This document shows positions 36,601 through 49,947 of a DNA stretch of 64,000 bases, piece after piece; positions within the stretch are counted from its first letter, which is position 1, and the number at the start of each line of letters is the position of its first letter. The notes below the pieces were generated by a model. It saw only the letters and a program-made list of their open reading frames with translations. It did not search any database and had not been told where the DNA came from. The stretch lies in the NCBI GenBank assembly GCA_023231475.1, contig JALJEE010002316.1, positions 124,001-188,000 on the forward strand, read 5' to 3'. Both the position numbers and the translations under genes were made by a program. The DNA comes from Seison nebaliae. Its lineage: Eukaryota.

Positions 36601-39266
36601 TTTCATTTTGTCAAACGAACAAAACGAATCACTCTTCTTGTTCTTGGAAGGAAATATTCATTGAGAAATCGAAGGGAAATGTTTAATATTGGTGAAACTT
36701 TGATCTTTATTAGACATGCAAAGATCGAGTTCTAACAGAAATGGCAAATAGGGAAGGCGAAACATAACATTTTCTAACATTTCTCCTAATAAACATAAAA
36801 GAAATAAGTTTGGTTCATGGTCGTTTTGTCTGAGAATGGAATGTTTCTTACGAATACACATTCAACTCGAAAGTAATATGATCAATTGACAGCGGCAAAC
36901 GATAAGAGATGGAAAGTGTTGAAATAATACTCAAAATAATTTCAATTAATTATCGTGAATGATTCAACCTTTACGGACAGGTGATGAGGAATTGGTTTGA
37001 TAACGAACTGAATTATCTTAGAATTGAGAGCGATTAGGTAACAACATTCGAAAGTTGCTTCAAGTTCGATGTTGAATATAAAGGTTTTAATAAAATTCAG
37101 GAGACATATACAAGTTGTAGTTGAGGGGAAGCGGGAGGACGGAATTAGGAAGATTAGAAGAACATGAATCAATAAAGATTTGAGAGCTGCTTGAATCATT
37201 ATACATATTGAATAGTCATTAACTCCTGTTAATTTTCCGTCGTAGAATAGGAGGAAAAAAGATAAGCTTTTACCATGTTCCCTGATTAAAAATAATCAGA
37301 TTTCTTAAAAGAAAACCTTTCTTCAAAGCGGAGAACGACAAGGAAATAATTCATCTAATCTATTCCGTGTATGTAAAGCGTAAGGGGGGTGATGATACAT
37401 AAGAAAAGAATGTAGTTGTAAGTAGTTGATGGAACAGGATACTGAATGATAAATTGGATTGTCTGCTGTTCTAGCGAACGGTAAGAACTTTCTCTTCTGA
37501 GAACATGAAGGGAAGTTGAGAACTATTATTGGGTGAAGGTGAAGAAGCCGTTAACAGTCCACTTTAGTGATTGAGAACTATTTGTTGAAATATTGATTTC
37601 AACAAACAGACAAGGCACGCACACTGCACATGTGCAACGAGGGAATGTTTGGAAATATCATTATTTGGGAACTATACTACAGTTCTGTGTCTGTAGCATA
37701 TCTTTAGGATATAAGTAGCACTCTATCTAGATTTGGGAATGATTATGGAACAATTTTATTGGAAGAGAAAATAAACATTATCTTTCACTTATAACAGAAG
37801 TAGAAGATGATGGAAGGAGAAAAGTAGAACAAATGATACTCGACATATTTTCGTCATTCTTTCTTCCATTACACAAAGCAATCAACATGCATCAATGTTC
37901 ACATCGTATACTTCTTCATCTTTCTTATTAATTCTATGTGGAATGGGATAAAGATAAGGATAAAAATAAATATTTAAAATATTCCATAAATCTCCCCATT
38001 ATCAATTTTATATATTTCACCCTACCAAATATTTCGGATAAAACTAATAATAATAATAAAATGTGGCAGATGATTCCTTTCTCTACCAAAAATACACATT
38101 CATCGAATTTATACAATAACACTCTACATATCCTCCTCCTCGACTAACAATGCAAAACCGACGAACGAAGACATATTGTGTAAGAAGACCAATATTTATA
38201 CCATATAATATTGCTTCCAGTCTACCAACTCTCATCCAATACCTCCGTATTAAAGGAACAATATTCTAATAATTACAATAATGTAATTTCTCAATTAATT
38301 CAATTATACTGTTGAAAGAATAATAATCGAATAATAGCCATTCGATTAGCATTCCTTCCTATTCTCCTCTACTTCATGTCTACACCTATTTCTCTACCAT
38401 CCCACAAATAACTTCTTCCAAAAACTTATTATTCGATTATATTCCTTCATAATCTTATTCCCCTTCCTACTATTCCGGATGATATAACAATTTTACGTTG
38501 TCAAAAAACCAACAAGACAAATATTGTCTTATCCAACCATCACATTACTCAACTAACTTTATCATTTCATACTGTGCTAGGAAAGAAGAGGAAATAGAAC
38601 TTTTTTCAAATGAATAAAACATATTGGAAAAATGGGATTCTTTTGAGGGAAAAACCGATTAAAAACGAACTGTTGAACAAATGAATAATTCTTAAGGAAT
38701 ATTTGAAAGGAAATAGAAAAGTAATGGGCAAATTTGAGTTTAGAAAAAGAAAATGAAGGAACATCTTTCAGATGAAGCAATGCCTTAAACATAAAATAAG
38801 TTCTCCTAAATTTGTTTTTAATGTCAAAATAATATTTGTAATTTGCAAAAGACTTCAGGTGTGCACTTATCAAATCGAACCTTTCATCGCAGAGAGAATC
38901 TTACGATAATGTTCCTCCAAAATATCATCCTCCCAAAAAAATCCATTTCAATAATTATGTGTTTAACATTATAATAACAGATAATACTTGAAACGTATCT
39001 CGAGAGATTTATGTGAATACGAAAAAAAATTCAAGTTTCCTAACTTTATAAAGCGAAATCTTTCCAAATATTTCCATCTGCTAAATATCATTTCCAATAT
39101 GAAAATGAACCGTCTGGAAATTGATGTTGCAAATTACACGTCCTCCCATTTAATGCAACATGTTTCTGGTAAATGCTCAACTTTAGAGATGAAAAGAATT
39201 CATAATAAATTATTCGACTTAAATATGATAAAATTGAGAATAAAGTAAATTATAAAAATTTGGCTG

Positions 39267-39814
39267 ATGAAATTGATGAAAATGACTGAATCTTCGACGT
39301 CTACATTCAAAACGAATTTCGAGAAAACTCGTCAAATTTGGAAAGGCATCTTAACCAAACAATATGATTGGAAAGATAAAGTTAAGATTTTCGTAAAATC
39401 GACGAATGTTGAGTTAATTGTTGATTTAGGACGATTTTCTCGATTCCGTCTATTGGGGTCGACAATTGATGGCATTGATAACTGGAATCATTTGGGGTTT
39501 CCTTCCACTCGTCGGCTACATTGGAATATTATTGTTATTTTATTTTCTTATTTCCAATTAAATTCAAATTTCATTCGTTTTCAGATTCATTGCCGTCAAC
39601 ATCGTCACCATAACAATTTACACTAAATTTTTTCAACGAGTCAACGACGAAGATTATGGAGGAATGCTCGAAATTTTCAAGGAAGGAATGGGCGCTTGTA
39701 TCGCCATTTTTATGGTTAATTTTAAATTCTCTCAAAAATTTCTTTCATTTATTTATTTATTTATAGCTCAGTTGGATTAGTTCATTTACATATCACAATG
39801 AAATTGTCATGTAA
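39267..39814 (+). CDS. RAB5IF: RAB5IF/C20orf24 (OPTI, Rab5ip/EMC6 family) membrane protein, 4 exons
   Basis: Exons 39267-39380, 39430-39533, 39585-39714, 39767-39814 give WKDKDDFLDSVYWGRQ...GIIWGFLPLVG...EDYGGMLEIFKEG...WI. Confidence 0.9.
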
Positions 39815-39823
39815 TTCAGGAAA

Positions 39824-40988
39824 TCATCTTCTTTTCCGTTTTAACTTTTTCGATTTATTCGTTTTACTCCTCGTCTAAATTTCGGGAGAATTAAAATTGT
39901 AAAAATTAATTAATAAATAAACTTTCTTCTTCTGCTCCGTTATGAATCCGTCCATCAGATCATTCTGAGTGAATCTCTCATTCATTAATTTCTAAGAGAA
40001 AATTTTAAATTTCTCATTAAAAATTATTTAAAAAAAACTTTCTCAAATTTGGTCGTTGGCAATCGGGAAAAATGTTCTTCTTCATATCTGTCAATCGAAG
40101 TGAAGTGACAATTGAATTAAATGAAAAAATTTGAAACTTCGTTTTCTCTTCCATTATCTTTTTCATTTTATTCGATTGTTGATTATGCTAAAATAAATTG
40201 AAAATTACTAACAATAAAATTGAAATAAATAAAATAAACCGATATCTCTTCTGGTGCATCAGTGAGATATTGATGAATTTCTTTCATAATCGATTTCTTT
40301 TTCAAAATCTGATTATTCTTTTCCGATTCCTCATTCGCTTTTGCTGTTTTCGATAAATTTTCATCTAATTCATAATATAATCATAATACCGTTAATTAAT
40401 GACTAACTCATTTTTACCATGACGTTTTTGGGAGGTACATAAACTGCTTTTTTCATTTCTTCATCATTCTTCTTCGTTTCACTATCATCATATGGAATGT
40501 AGAAATCATCAATATCAATCGCTGTCGATTGTTCTTTCTCTATCTCTTCTAATAAATTGAAAGTAGATATAATTTAAAATAATTGATAAATCGAATTTGA
40601 ATAACTTCGACGATTTTCTTCCAATTTTTTCATGAGATTTTTTAAGTGTAATTCGTATTTTTGTTGAATGGTCGAACATTTATCGAGAGTATATCTGATT
40701 TGTATTAATTCTTCGATTCGTTGAGTGTCTATCGGTTCGTTTCCAATTCGACTACTAACGAAACTTGTCATATTCTTCAAGTAATTGACGAACGAATAAT
40801 TCTTCAAATGAAACAAAGAAGTTTCCTGTTTGGAAAATGGAATAGGGAGAAAAAATGAAATTTGAACGAACGTTCGTTTTCTTCAGATTGTCAAGCGATT
40901 TCTCATTCTTCAATTCCTCAACCAATTTCTTTAAATGTCTTATATTCTTTTCTATCATACATTCCTTATCAGTTTGTTGAATGTCCAT
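39824..40988 (-). CDS. NGDN: Neuroguidin (Lcp5/Sas10 family SSU processome factor), 273 aa, 8 exons
   Basis: Exons 40988-40872, 40825-40606, 40548-40408, 40364-40240, 40187-40138, 40087-40039, 39991-39923, 39874-39824. Motifs LIQIRYTLDK, YVPPK, TDAPEEI, YEEEHFSRL, basic C-terminus. Confidence 0.85.
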
Positions 40989-41394
40989 CGAAAAATGTTG
41001 AGAAGATTTTGAAAGTGGAATAAAAATGTGTTTTCTTAATAAGTTTTCACGAGGCTTTTTCTTTCAATTTCCTTTCTCAACATTTCATATTTGAAATGTG
41101 CGATTTATTTTATTGGATAATTAGAAAACGCATGACATAGTTCGCCAATTGTAAAAGGAGAATTATCAAAATTGTATTTACTTACACTACATATGGAGAA
41201 TAAACAGATGGATTCTTCACGTTAATTTCATTTCTAATGACATATTTTTCTTCTAATCAAACCAATAATCTTTTGAACAATTTTGAACAATTTTCAACAA
41301 ATTCACAATTAAATGTGAATAAAAAAATTGTTCGATACACATTTAATATTCATTCAATAATTCCATAATAAATTCAAACTTTTTTTTTGTGGAA
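40989..41394. promoter_or_regulatory. Probable bidirectional promoter NGDN/PDXK
   Basis: Head-to-head start codons ~406 bp apart (arrangement only). Confidence 0.45.
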
Positions 41395-42315
41395 ATGAAT
41401 GAAACGACTCCCAAAGTGCTCAGTATTCAAAGTCATGTCGTTCATGGTTATGTTGGTAATCGATGTGCCGTTTTTCCTCTCCAGTTGAACGGTTTCGAAG
41501 TAGACGTCATTCACACTGTCCAATTGTCTACACACACACAATATCCGGAAGTGAAAGGACGACGAATGACGAAAGATGATCTGAACGATTTAGTTTCAGG
41601 ATTAACGTTGAATAAATTAATCGATAAATATTCTTATTTAATTACCGGCTACATTTCCAATATCGATTTCATTCCGATTATCATTCAAATTGTCGAACAC
41701 AATCGAAAAGTGAACAAAGATTTCTTTTATTTATTCGATCCCGTTCTCGGCGATAACGATCGATTATACGCACCAAAAGAATTGATACCGTTATATCGAA
41801 ATAAACTTTTAAAATATTCTACTATCATCACACCAAATCAATATGAATGTCAATGGTTAAGTGGAATGAAATTGAATGAGAAAAAAGATATCAGACCAAT
41901 TTGTCAAATGTTACATTCACTCGGACCACGAATTATCATCATTTCTAGTGTCAAATATGAAACAGACGAACAATCTCTTTATCTTTATGTGAGTGAAAAT
42001 GGGAAAATTGAAGAGATTAAATTCCCTCGACTCAATTCCTCCTTCACTGGAACTGGCGATTTATTTACCTCATTATTCCTTGTCAATTTCCATCAATTAC
42101 GTCACGATGTTGGTGAAGTGTGCATCCGTACGTTGAGTTCGATACATCGAATTTTGAAATATACAAACGAATGTGTTGAAAGAAAACGGAAAGAAAAAGA
42201 AGTGTTGACGGCAGACGATTTAGAATTGAAGTTGATCGAATGTCGGAAAGAATTGGAATATTCAAATAATAAAAATCTGCGAAATTTATTTTCTGTCAAT
42301 AAATTAGAAATTTAA
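41395..42315 (+). CDS. PDXK: Pyridoxal kinase, intronless
   Basis: VLSIQSHVVHGYVGN, FPLQ, DPVLGD, TPNQYE, FTGTGDLF, ELKLI. Confidence 0.96.
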   Translation: MNETTPKVLSIQSHVVHGYVGNRCAVFPLQLNGFEVDVIHTVQLSTHTQYPEVKGRRMTKDDLNDLVSGLTLNKLIDKYSYLITGYISNIDFIPIIIQIVEHNRKVNKDFFYLFDPVLGDNDRLYAPKELIPLYRNKLLKYSTIITPNQYECQWLSGMKLNEKKDIRPICQMLHSLGPRIIIISSVKYETDEQSLYLYVSENGKIEEIKFPRLNSSFTGTGDLFTSLFLVNFHQLRHDVGEVCIRTLSSIHRILKYTNECVERKRKEKEVLTADDLELKLIECRKELEYSNNKNLRNLFSVNKLEI

Positions 42316-42543
42316 TGAATTATTATGAAAGAGGAGAGATTATATAAAATTAAACGAGATTTGTTAGACAACATAAGAAAGATATTTGTTTTTTTTAGAG
42401 ATGGGCAGGAAGTGAAAAAGAATGTGTGAATTGTGCACGGATTTGAAAGATTTCCTTTCAAATTCGTATTCGACTGATTTTATTTACAATTGGAATGGAT
42501 AACGAGAGTAGAACAATGCTGATGGTGAGAAGTTCCATGATAT

Positions 42544-45183
42544 TCATATTGGACAAATTCCACATAATTGGGGACATGTCGCCCTCACCAATGGATGGAG
42601 CACACAATTCACTTTAGTAAACGCTTCATCATCTTTTCCACATATTTCTGGATCTGTATACTTTTGTGGACCTAACGTACTTCGAATGTAGTTTCTTTGA
42701 CTAATTTGAAATTTGTCATTTGCCTTCTCTTTTCCCGATAAGCCGATTAGTCCGCAATCGACTGAAATATGAATTAAATTTGAATCTTAAAATTGAAAAA
42801 ATTAAAAAACTTCTGTCACATAATCGCCCACCGAACAACTTGTACGGACATTGACATTCACATGTGTTCAGATCTAATTTTCCTCCGTTCTTGCAGAAGA
42901 TATTTGGTGGACATGCTGAAATGAATAAAATAAATTTTCGCTTTTCAAAAATTTCAATGGTAACTGCACATGTCGTTTTGACAATTGTTCGGACACATCG
43001 AACAACTTTTACCAGTGAGATATGGTTTGAAACGATTATGGAACGCTTGCCTACAAATATCGAAATGATTTCAATTCTATTTGAAAAACTAACATTTCCG
43101 AATAGAGACAGACATATAAATATTTATAATTCTTATTCTGACATTCAGCCACACTACAACCGATGCGAGAAGTGTCCGCATAAATTATCTAAATAAATAA
43201 TTATAAAATGGAAAAATTTTTTGAAAATTTGAAAATTTCAATTTAACTTGAGAATAATGTCCTACTTTGTGTAATGGAACATTCTCATCATTGTACTTGA
43301 AATATTCGATTTCAGTCGCCCAGGCATTTAACGCTTCTTGCCAATTGTCGAAACCGGCCGCCACATTCTCACCAATCACCACACCATATTCTAAGAGAAT
43401 AAATATCAGATTTTTTTTCTAAATAAATTACTCACTCAATGATTGACGACTTCTTAAAGAATCGGCCAAATCCACTTCACATGTTAACGCTCGGTTTCGG
43501 GCACCTTCTGCTAAAGTATCATCCCAAATCTACAGGAATTTATTCATAATAATAAAACCGAAAGAAATTCAAACAAGTTTTCTCATATTGGCCGCGGTTG
43601 GTCGAACGTCTTGTCGGAGAATGTTGTGATAGTTCAAAATGAAATTTTGTTGGGAAGTTAATAATGTGTCGGCAGATGATCGACTCCTTTGATCCATCAA
43701 ACTGAGAGCCATCGGACTGAACATGATGGTGGGCTTAATAGTGATTTTATTGGGGGAATGATGAGCCGTAATCATTTTCTTCTCTTGCACTTGTATCACG
43801 TTGGAAATTGATGAATCATTCAAAGGAGGTGTCTCGTCTATCGTGTAACCTTTTCTTGGATTCATCATTAATTTATTCGTCGACGGTTTTCCAATTTCTT
43901 GTTTCGATGTTTGATTTGAATGACTCGTATAATTCGAATGTAATCGATACGATTCTTTCGTTTTATTTTGTCCCTTATTATCATTTAATGATAATGAAGA
44001 TTTCTTTGAGATAGTTTTGGTGGGAAATGTCGGTTTTAAAGTCAATGATGATAAGTCCTGATGGTTTTGGTTGACATTATTATTGGCATCATATAATTGA
44101 TCAATTTTCGTCATATTCATTACGAGAAGGTCGTTAATATTTGTGAGATTCAATTGCTTCATGATTTCCGATAATGTCTGTCGGAATTCTGGTGTAGTAT
44201 GTTGGAGAAATTCATTATTATCAGCTGCTGCCGAATTTTCAGATTCATCTAAACCTAATTTTTCTTGGCCTAACGTATCATATAAATAGTCATTGCGAGA
44301 ATTTGGATGGTGTAAATTTGGCGGTTGTTTAAATCCGATCGAGTGCCGATCATTAATTTGGTTGGAGAAAAATTCTTTCTTCATATTCTCCTTATTGAGT
44401 AATTGAGAGAGTGTGGAAGTGGAAGGCGTCAGGTACGTATGATCAGGAGGCAATGCAAAATATGCTGCGATTTGGGGACGCAATCTTAAGTCGCCACTTC
44501 CTAACGGAATATTTATCATCGATTTTTGCATTAACGTCGAATTGACTAAGGACGGTGTTGGAATCAATTTACCAGTTGTGTTAGATATCGTTAGATAACC
44601 TTTATTCAGTAAGTGACTGGTTAAAGAGGCGGCAGTAATATTGGGTAACAACCATTTACTGTTATCGGTATTGGGTTGATGACCATTTTGATTATTGATC
44701 GAATTCAAGTTGAATTGATTTCTATCATACATCGAATCGTCATATGAGAATAGAGAATTAATTCTTGAATGTTGATGTTCTGTATTTGTTGGCTCGTTAA
44801 CATGATACGCCGAATCATAAGCTATAGGGAGATAATCACTTCCGTAATAATTCGACGGGTACAAATTATTTTGAGACAACTTCTCCACATTTTTGTCTGT
44901 GACAAAAAGCGGCTCCAATTGAATTGGCTCTTTAACCGATTGCTTAGACGAATGATGATTATTTTGGATTTGAATATTCTTTCGTTCCAAATCATATTTT
45001 TGTTGTTGTTGTAGTTGTTGTTGTTTCTTTTGCTGATTTATAAGTTGTTGTTGATGTTGCCTTTGTCGTGGATTTAAATTAGGTTGATTTTGTAATTTAA
45101 TTTGTTGTTGTTGTCGTTGTTGTTTTTTCTCTTGTCGATTTACTTGTTGTATTTGATAAGATTTTTGCTGTTGTTTTTGCTGC

Positions 45184-45237
<54 letters not shown>

Positions 45238-47426
45238 AGGAACCATAAAATATTTGGTTCATCGTAATTATCGGTGGATAACGGAGTATCGATTCTATCT
45301 GAATATTCGTCGATTCTCGTGTCTTTTATTATTGTGGTGGTTGGCGGAGGTGTTGTAATGGATAATGGTTTTGGTGTAACATTCTTTTCCTCTTCTACTG
45401 GTTTATATCTACCAAATTGTCTTAACATTTGCCACGAATGATTAATTTCTTCTTTCTTTTCGGGTTTCTTCATTTCTGTGAAATTATTGGTGGGTCGAAT
45501 GAATTCTTGATAGAAGGGAATATCTTTTAGATTCAAATTTATTGTCGGATAATTGATAAGTGAAAGATTGTGATTCAGATGATTATCGGGATGGAGATTC
45601 TTGTTTATAATTTTATCAGTCGACATTTTAACATTCTCTTTTATTTGATCATTTGCGGATGCAAATCTTGCGGCAGCCGAATTCTTTTCTAATTGAATAA
45701 ATGATTCTAATCTGTTCTGTTGTTTTTGTTTCATCATCTTTCGTTTCCGTTTACGTAATTTCTTCCTCCTACGTCGATTCTTTCGATCGCTTTTCTTCCA
45801 ATTCCAATAGCGGATTGGACTTGTCATTATTTGGGGGGAAGTTGTCACTTGAGGTGTTGGTGTGAGATGTGTATCAACTTGGACGAATTGATTGGGATAA
45901 TTGGAGATATTAAAATTCTGATAATTATAATTATAAGACGGCGACATATCGTTATTATTTGAATCGAATTGATTCGTGTCATATTGTTCGGTAAAGGCAT
46001 ATTGATTATATTTGGGAGGAGATGTGACATGCCAATAATCTTTATTTCTTTCCTTTTGGAAATTGGGAGAATTTGAAATTTTCAACGGTGTCGGTATGGT
46101 AAATGGTCTGATTGTGGTGGTAATCGGCGCAGCTTTAGTAACGAAATGTACTATTGGAGTTCTCGTGGTCGTTCTTCTGACATAGTTTTGTTCCTGATTA
46201 TTGAAATGATTATTCCTCATAAATTGATTAGGAAATTGTTGATAAGTATCTTGCCAAGTTGGTGCCGGTTCCATTGCCGGTCTGACGCCAACAGACAATT
46301 GAAGACAACCTGAAACGACAGCAAATGTACAACGTTGAGTGATTGGACTAAAATTAAGATTTCGCGGACAACGTCGTCGGAATTGTCGAGCGAAAATTGT
46401 TCCAGACCAAACACATTCATAATATTCGTTACAATTATAAGTGTTCTGATATAATCCGTCTTTGATACATTTATGTTCGAAATGACTCACAGATTGGCGA
46501 TTACCATTTGGAACTTTGATATTTTTCTTAACTGTCAGTTTAATATCCACTGGTCGATTGGCCGGCAAAGGAATAGAGAAATTACGATACTTTTGGAAGA
46601 ATTCTTCGATATTACGTGCGGTAGGCATCGTTGGAGTCTGTTGGAGTAGGACATGTTTCCCATACAAATACGGCGCTAAGGAAGAAGATTTTTTAATGAA
46701 TCTAATTCTTTGTTCATTAGCTCGATCTTTTGTCAACGAATAATCATCATAATTCTTTGACGGTTCTAAATAGAAGTCTTGGGATTCCGCAGTTTGCTGA
46801 TTATCATATTTGTTATTAGATTTGAATGATTTCAAATTTGCTAGAAATCGTCGATTATTATCTGTTAACGGTTTTGTATTTGCCGGATCGATGGTTTGTG
46901 TTATTGTGCTTGAGACGGATGAAATTGTATGAAGCCTAAGTTTCTTATTCCGCGACTGATTCGTAGAGAGAGTTGTTGTGGGAAATGCTTTTTTTGATAT
47001 AGTAAACGGAGTGGTGGCGATAGATGTTTTGTGTAGAATCGATTCGGAGGTGGAGTTCTCTCGTTTAACGTATAAGGTGAAAGGAAGATATGAGAAGTAT
47101 TTGGTACCATTGAAATTTCTTTTTTTAATTAATCCGATACGTTTAGTGGCTGAACTCTCTTTCTTCTTCGAATAGATGAAAGCTTTCTGTAATCGTCGAG
47201 TATTTTCGTATTGTTTATATCGATTGTATTGTGTAATTGGAGGTTTGGTCGATACCTGATATTTGGTCAATGGGGAATTTGCTTTGGAGTTCTGGGGTTT
47301 CAATTGACTCAATTTCGAATTGATAATTTCCCATAACTGATGTTGGGCGGATGATGAATGAATACTTTGATTATTAACGACCAGTTGAAGTAGTATGAAT
47401 AAGAAGAAGTATTTCAAATAGGACAT
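42544..47426 (-). CDS. Large secreted protein: signal peptide, chitin-binding type 2 (CBM14) domain, polyQ/low-complexity spacer, CAP (SCP) domain, EGF-like and ShKT-like domains
   Basis: Exon 1 47426-43575, then 43529-43436, 43390-43248, 43188-43094, 43050-42965, 42915-42811, 42761-42544. CBM14 six-Cys pattern at 46305-46469; CAP motifs YHNILR, ANMRKLIWD, GENVA, GHYSQII..T.RIGC, YVCLY; CKNGG..CECQC; CPQLCGIC at the C-terminus. Confidence 0.85.
45175..45237 (-). repeat. (CAA)n microsatellite encoding a ~21-residue polyglutamine tract
   Basis: Pure (GTT)n on the + strand within the CAP-gene exon. Confidence 0.95.
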
Positions 47427-49916
47427 CACATAAGAGTTTGGAGAAGGAAGAAAATAGATCTATTAAAAGAATGAGAAAGAAAAGATGGAGGATAGAAAAC
47501 AGTCTCGTTAGGAAAGGTCACAACGAAGACATATTAGTCGAGTTCATCGGAGAAAATTAATATTGTCAGATTCGCTTTTGGAGATGCAATATAGAGTGTT
47601 GATCCGTTGAATCAACAAACCCAGTTTATCGGTCAACAATGGTATGTTTTATGATTGGAGAAGGATATGGAGAAATATGATGAATGAACTTCAAACCTGG
47701 TAAATAATTAAACACATCTCACAATTCTATTAGGAAGTTCAACGGAAGAAGGACAAAGGAGACATATCGATTCGTTATTATCCGCTCTCTCGACACAGAG
47801 TGAAGAATTCGATTAAAGAAAAAATTGATTCGACACTTCTTTTCAAATTAAATATCATAAAGATTGGGTTGAAGATAATAGGTTTATACCTTCAAATCAT
47901 TATTGTCAAGATGACACTACTCCAACAGAAACGGGCGAATCTTCACGTTTTTACAATTTACATATATTCACACTGATCCGATACAAATTCATTCGAATCA
48001 TTGATTTATCCATCAATCCATCCATCGACGTCTTAATGAGGAAGAAGTGTAGTTTTGCTCGAATGGATTAATAATTTGTCGATATGTAATTCCATCAGTT
48101 TCACTTCCTTAAAAACTTCGAAGAACAAGAGGTAAAAGACAAAAATTTCATTACAATAAACAAATACAACTGTTCAATGATAAATATGTAAGAAAGTGGG
48201 AAATGATTAGTGTGATGAAGACACACTATCTATCACAATCATTCATCTTCCGTCTGCTCGTTAATTGAATTGATCGAATTCTAACTAATCACTCAATGGA
48301 GACGCCGACGACAATGAACTTGATAAACGAATTTTTCTTCCTTTATCTCGTTCTATCTGTGAATGTTTCTGTCTTTCTTGTGTGAATATTTGAAATAAAG
48401 AAACTTTCTAATAGATTTCCTTGAACAGAATGTTCTTTAATTAACAGTGCCACAAACCTTCCATGTTCAATTTAGATGGTGGGGAAGGAGAAGCGGGAAA
48501 GAGTTGGATGAAAGCGACTTACGGAACCGATCGAAGACCGATAAAATATTGTAATTAGTTGTTTTTTGAAGATGAACTTATTTCCTATCAATATCCCAAA
48601 TGAATAGTGATGTGGAAGAATAAATAAATTTCTATTGGATTTAGAAGTTCCATGTCGATGTGGTTATCCCCATTGTGTAGTCATTCCAGAAGAAATAAAA
48701 ATGACAGAGGATCATTACGATTTCCTGTTTCTACTTTTGTTCCGACTCCTTTTCATTTCATTTTATTTGTGGAACAATAGCAATTGAACAGGAATTCCAT
48801 CCCTCACTCACTATCCCCTCCCATCGACGTTCCAATACATCATCATTAGTCTACAATTCGAGCCGAGTAAAATGGATGAGGAATGCGGATCTGAAATTTA
48901 TAGATTACAATAATATCGTACGAATAAGAATCAGATAACGGAATCGAACGTTAACATTTCCATTCTCTCAAATAAAACACAGAATTACATTGGAAGAATT
49001 ATGATGTCAATTCCTCACTACTTCTCCCACATCGCTCCTACTATTGGACTATTATCATCTAAATTGATACCATGTCGTTCTGGTATACCTTCAATATTCT
49101 CATGTTTGTTAATGATTTGACTTTGTGTACGAGAAAACAAAAGGATGACCAACTGACTAATTTTGTTTACCTTAAAAATCACCAAACAATGTTAATAATT
49201 TTCCATAGACAAAAAACGAAGAAAATTAATTTATCATAGAAATTTGGTTACTTTCAATGATTGATTCGAACAAACTGATGATTATTTCTTCAACCTGTTC
49301 TAAATTCGACTACAAAAAGAATCGACTATAAAATCGAAATTTTTTTCAGTAACACAAATTTGAGTATTGGTCAAATAATACTGGGAAGGAAACCGATTGA
49401 CTTGTTGTGAAATGGTTTAACATTCCTCATTCGACTGTCTGTTGGAAATAAAACATAGTAGAACAATAAAAGTGATGACTTTCTTACCGGAAGTCGATTG
49501 CTATTAGTTCCGTGAGCAAGATGTTGACAATATTGTGAGCATGCGTATTGAATAGGAGGAAGGGACGAGGATAAATTGGTCTTCCTTTATTCTAGCTACT
49601 TCTTGGAAGCAAAGAAGCATGATGGAAACTATAGATAGGTCTCGATGCAACACAACTTTCAATTTGATGAGATGCAACAAATGAAAATTGTAATTATTAT
49701 AAAGGAAGAAAAGATGTATGGAGTTCATTCAGATACAAGATGAAAATAGGTAGAGGCAAGTCGATAACTAGAAATATTCTAATCAATAAACAAATCTCTA
49801 AATATACGGAACGACGTGTCTATTCGAAGATGACCGAATATGGTGGTACTATTATTCTGTGGTGGCCATAAAGAATGGTTTGCTCTTATCAGACGATGAA
49901 TAAGAATGAATAAAAA

Positions 49917-49947
<31 letters not shown>
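49917..49947. repeat. (ATT)10 microsatellite
   Basis: Directly visible. Confidence 0.9.

Noticed and set aside
36276..37199. ORFs of 66-99 aa, one with a signal-peptide-like start (37199, minus)
   Set aside because: No family motifs; a closer exon (30639-30579) gives a better signal peptide for the receptor gene.
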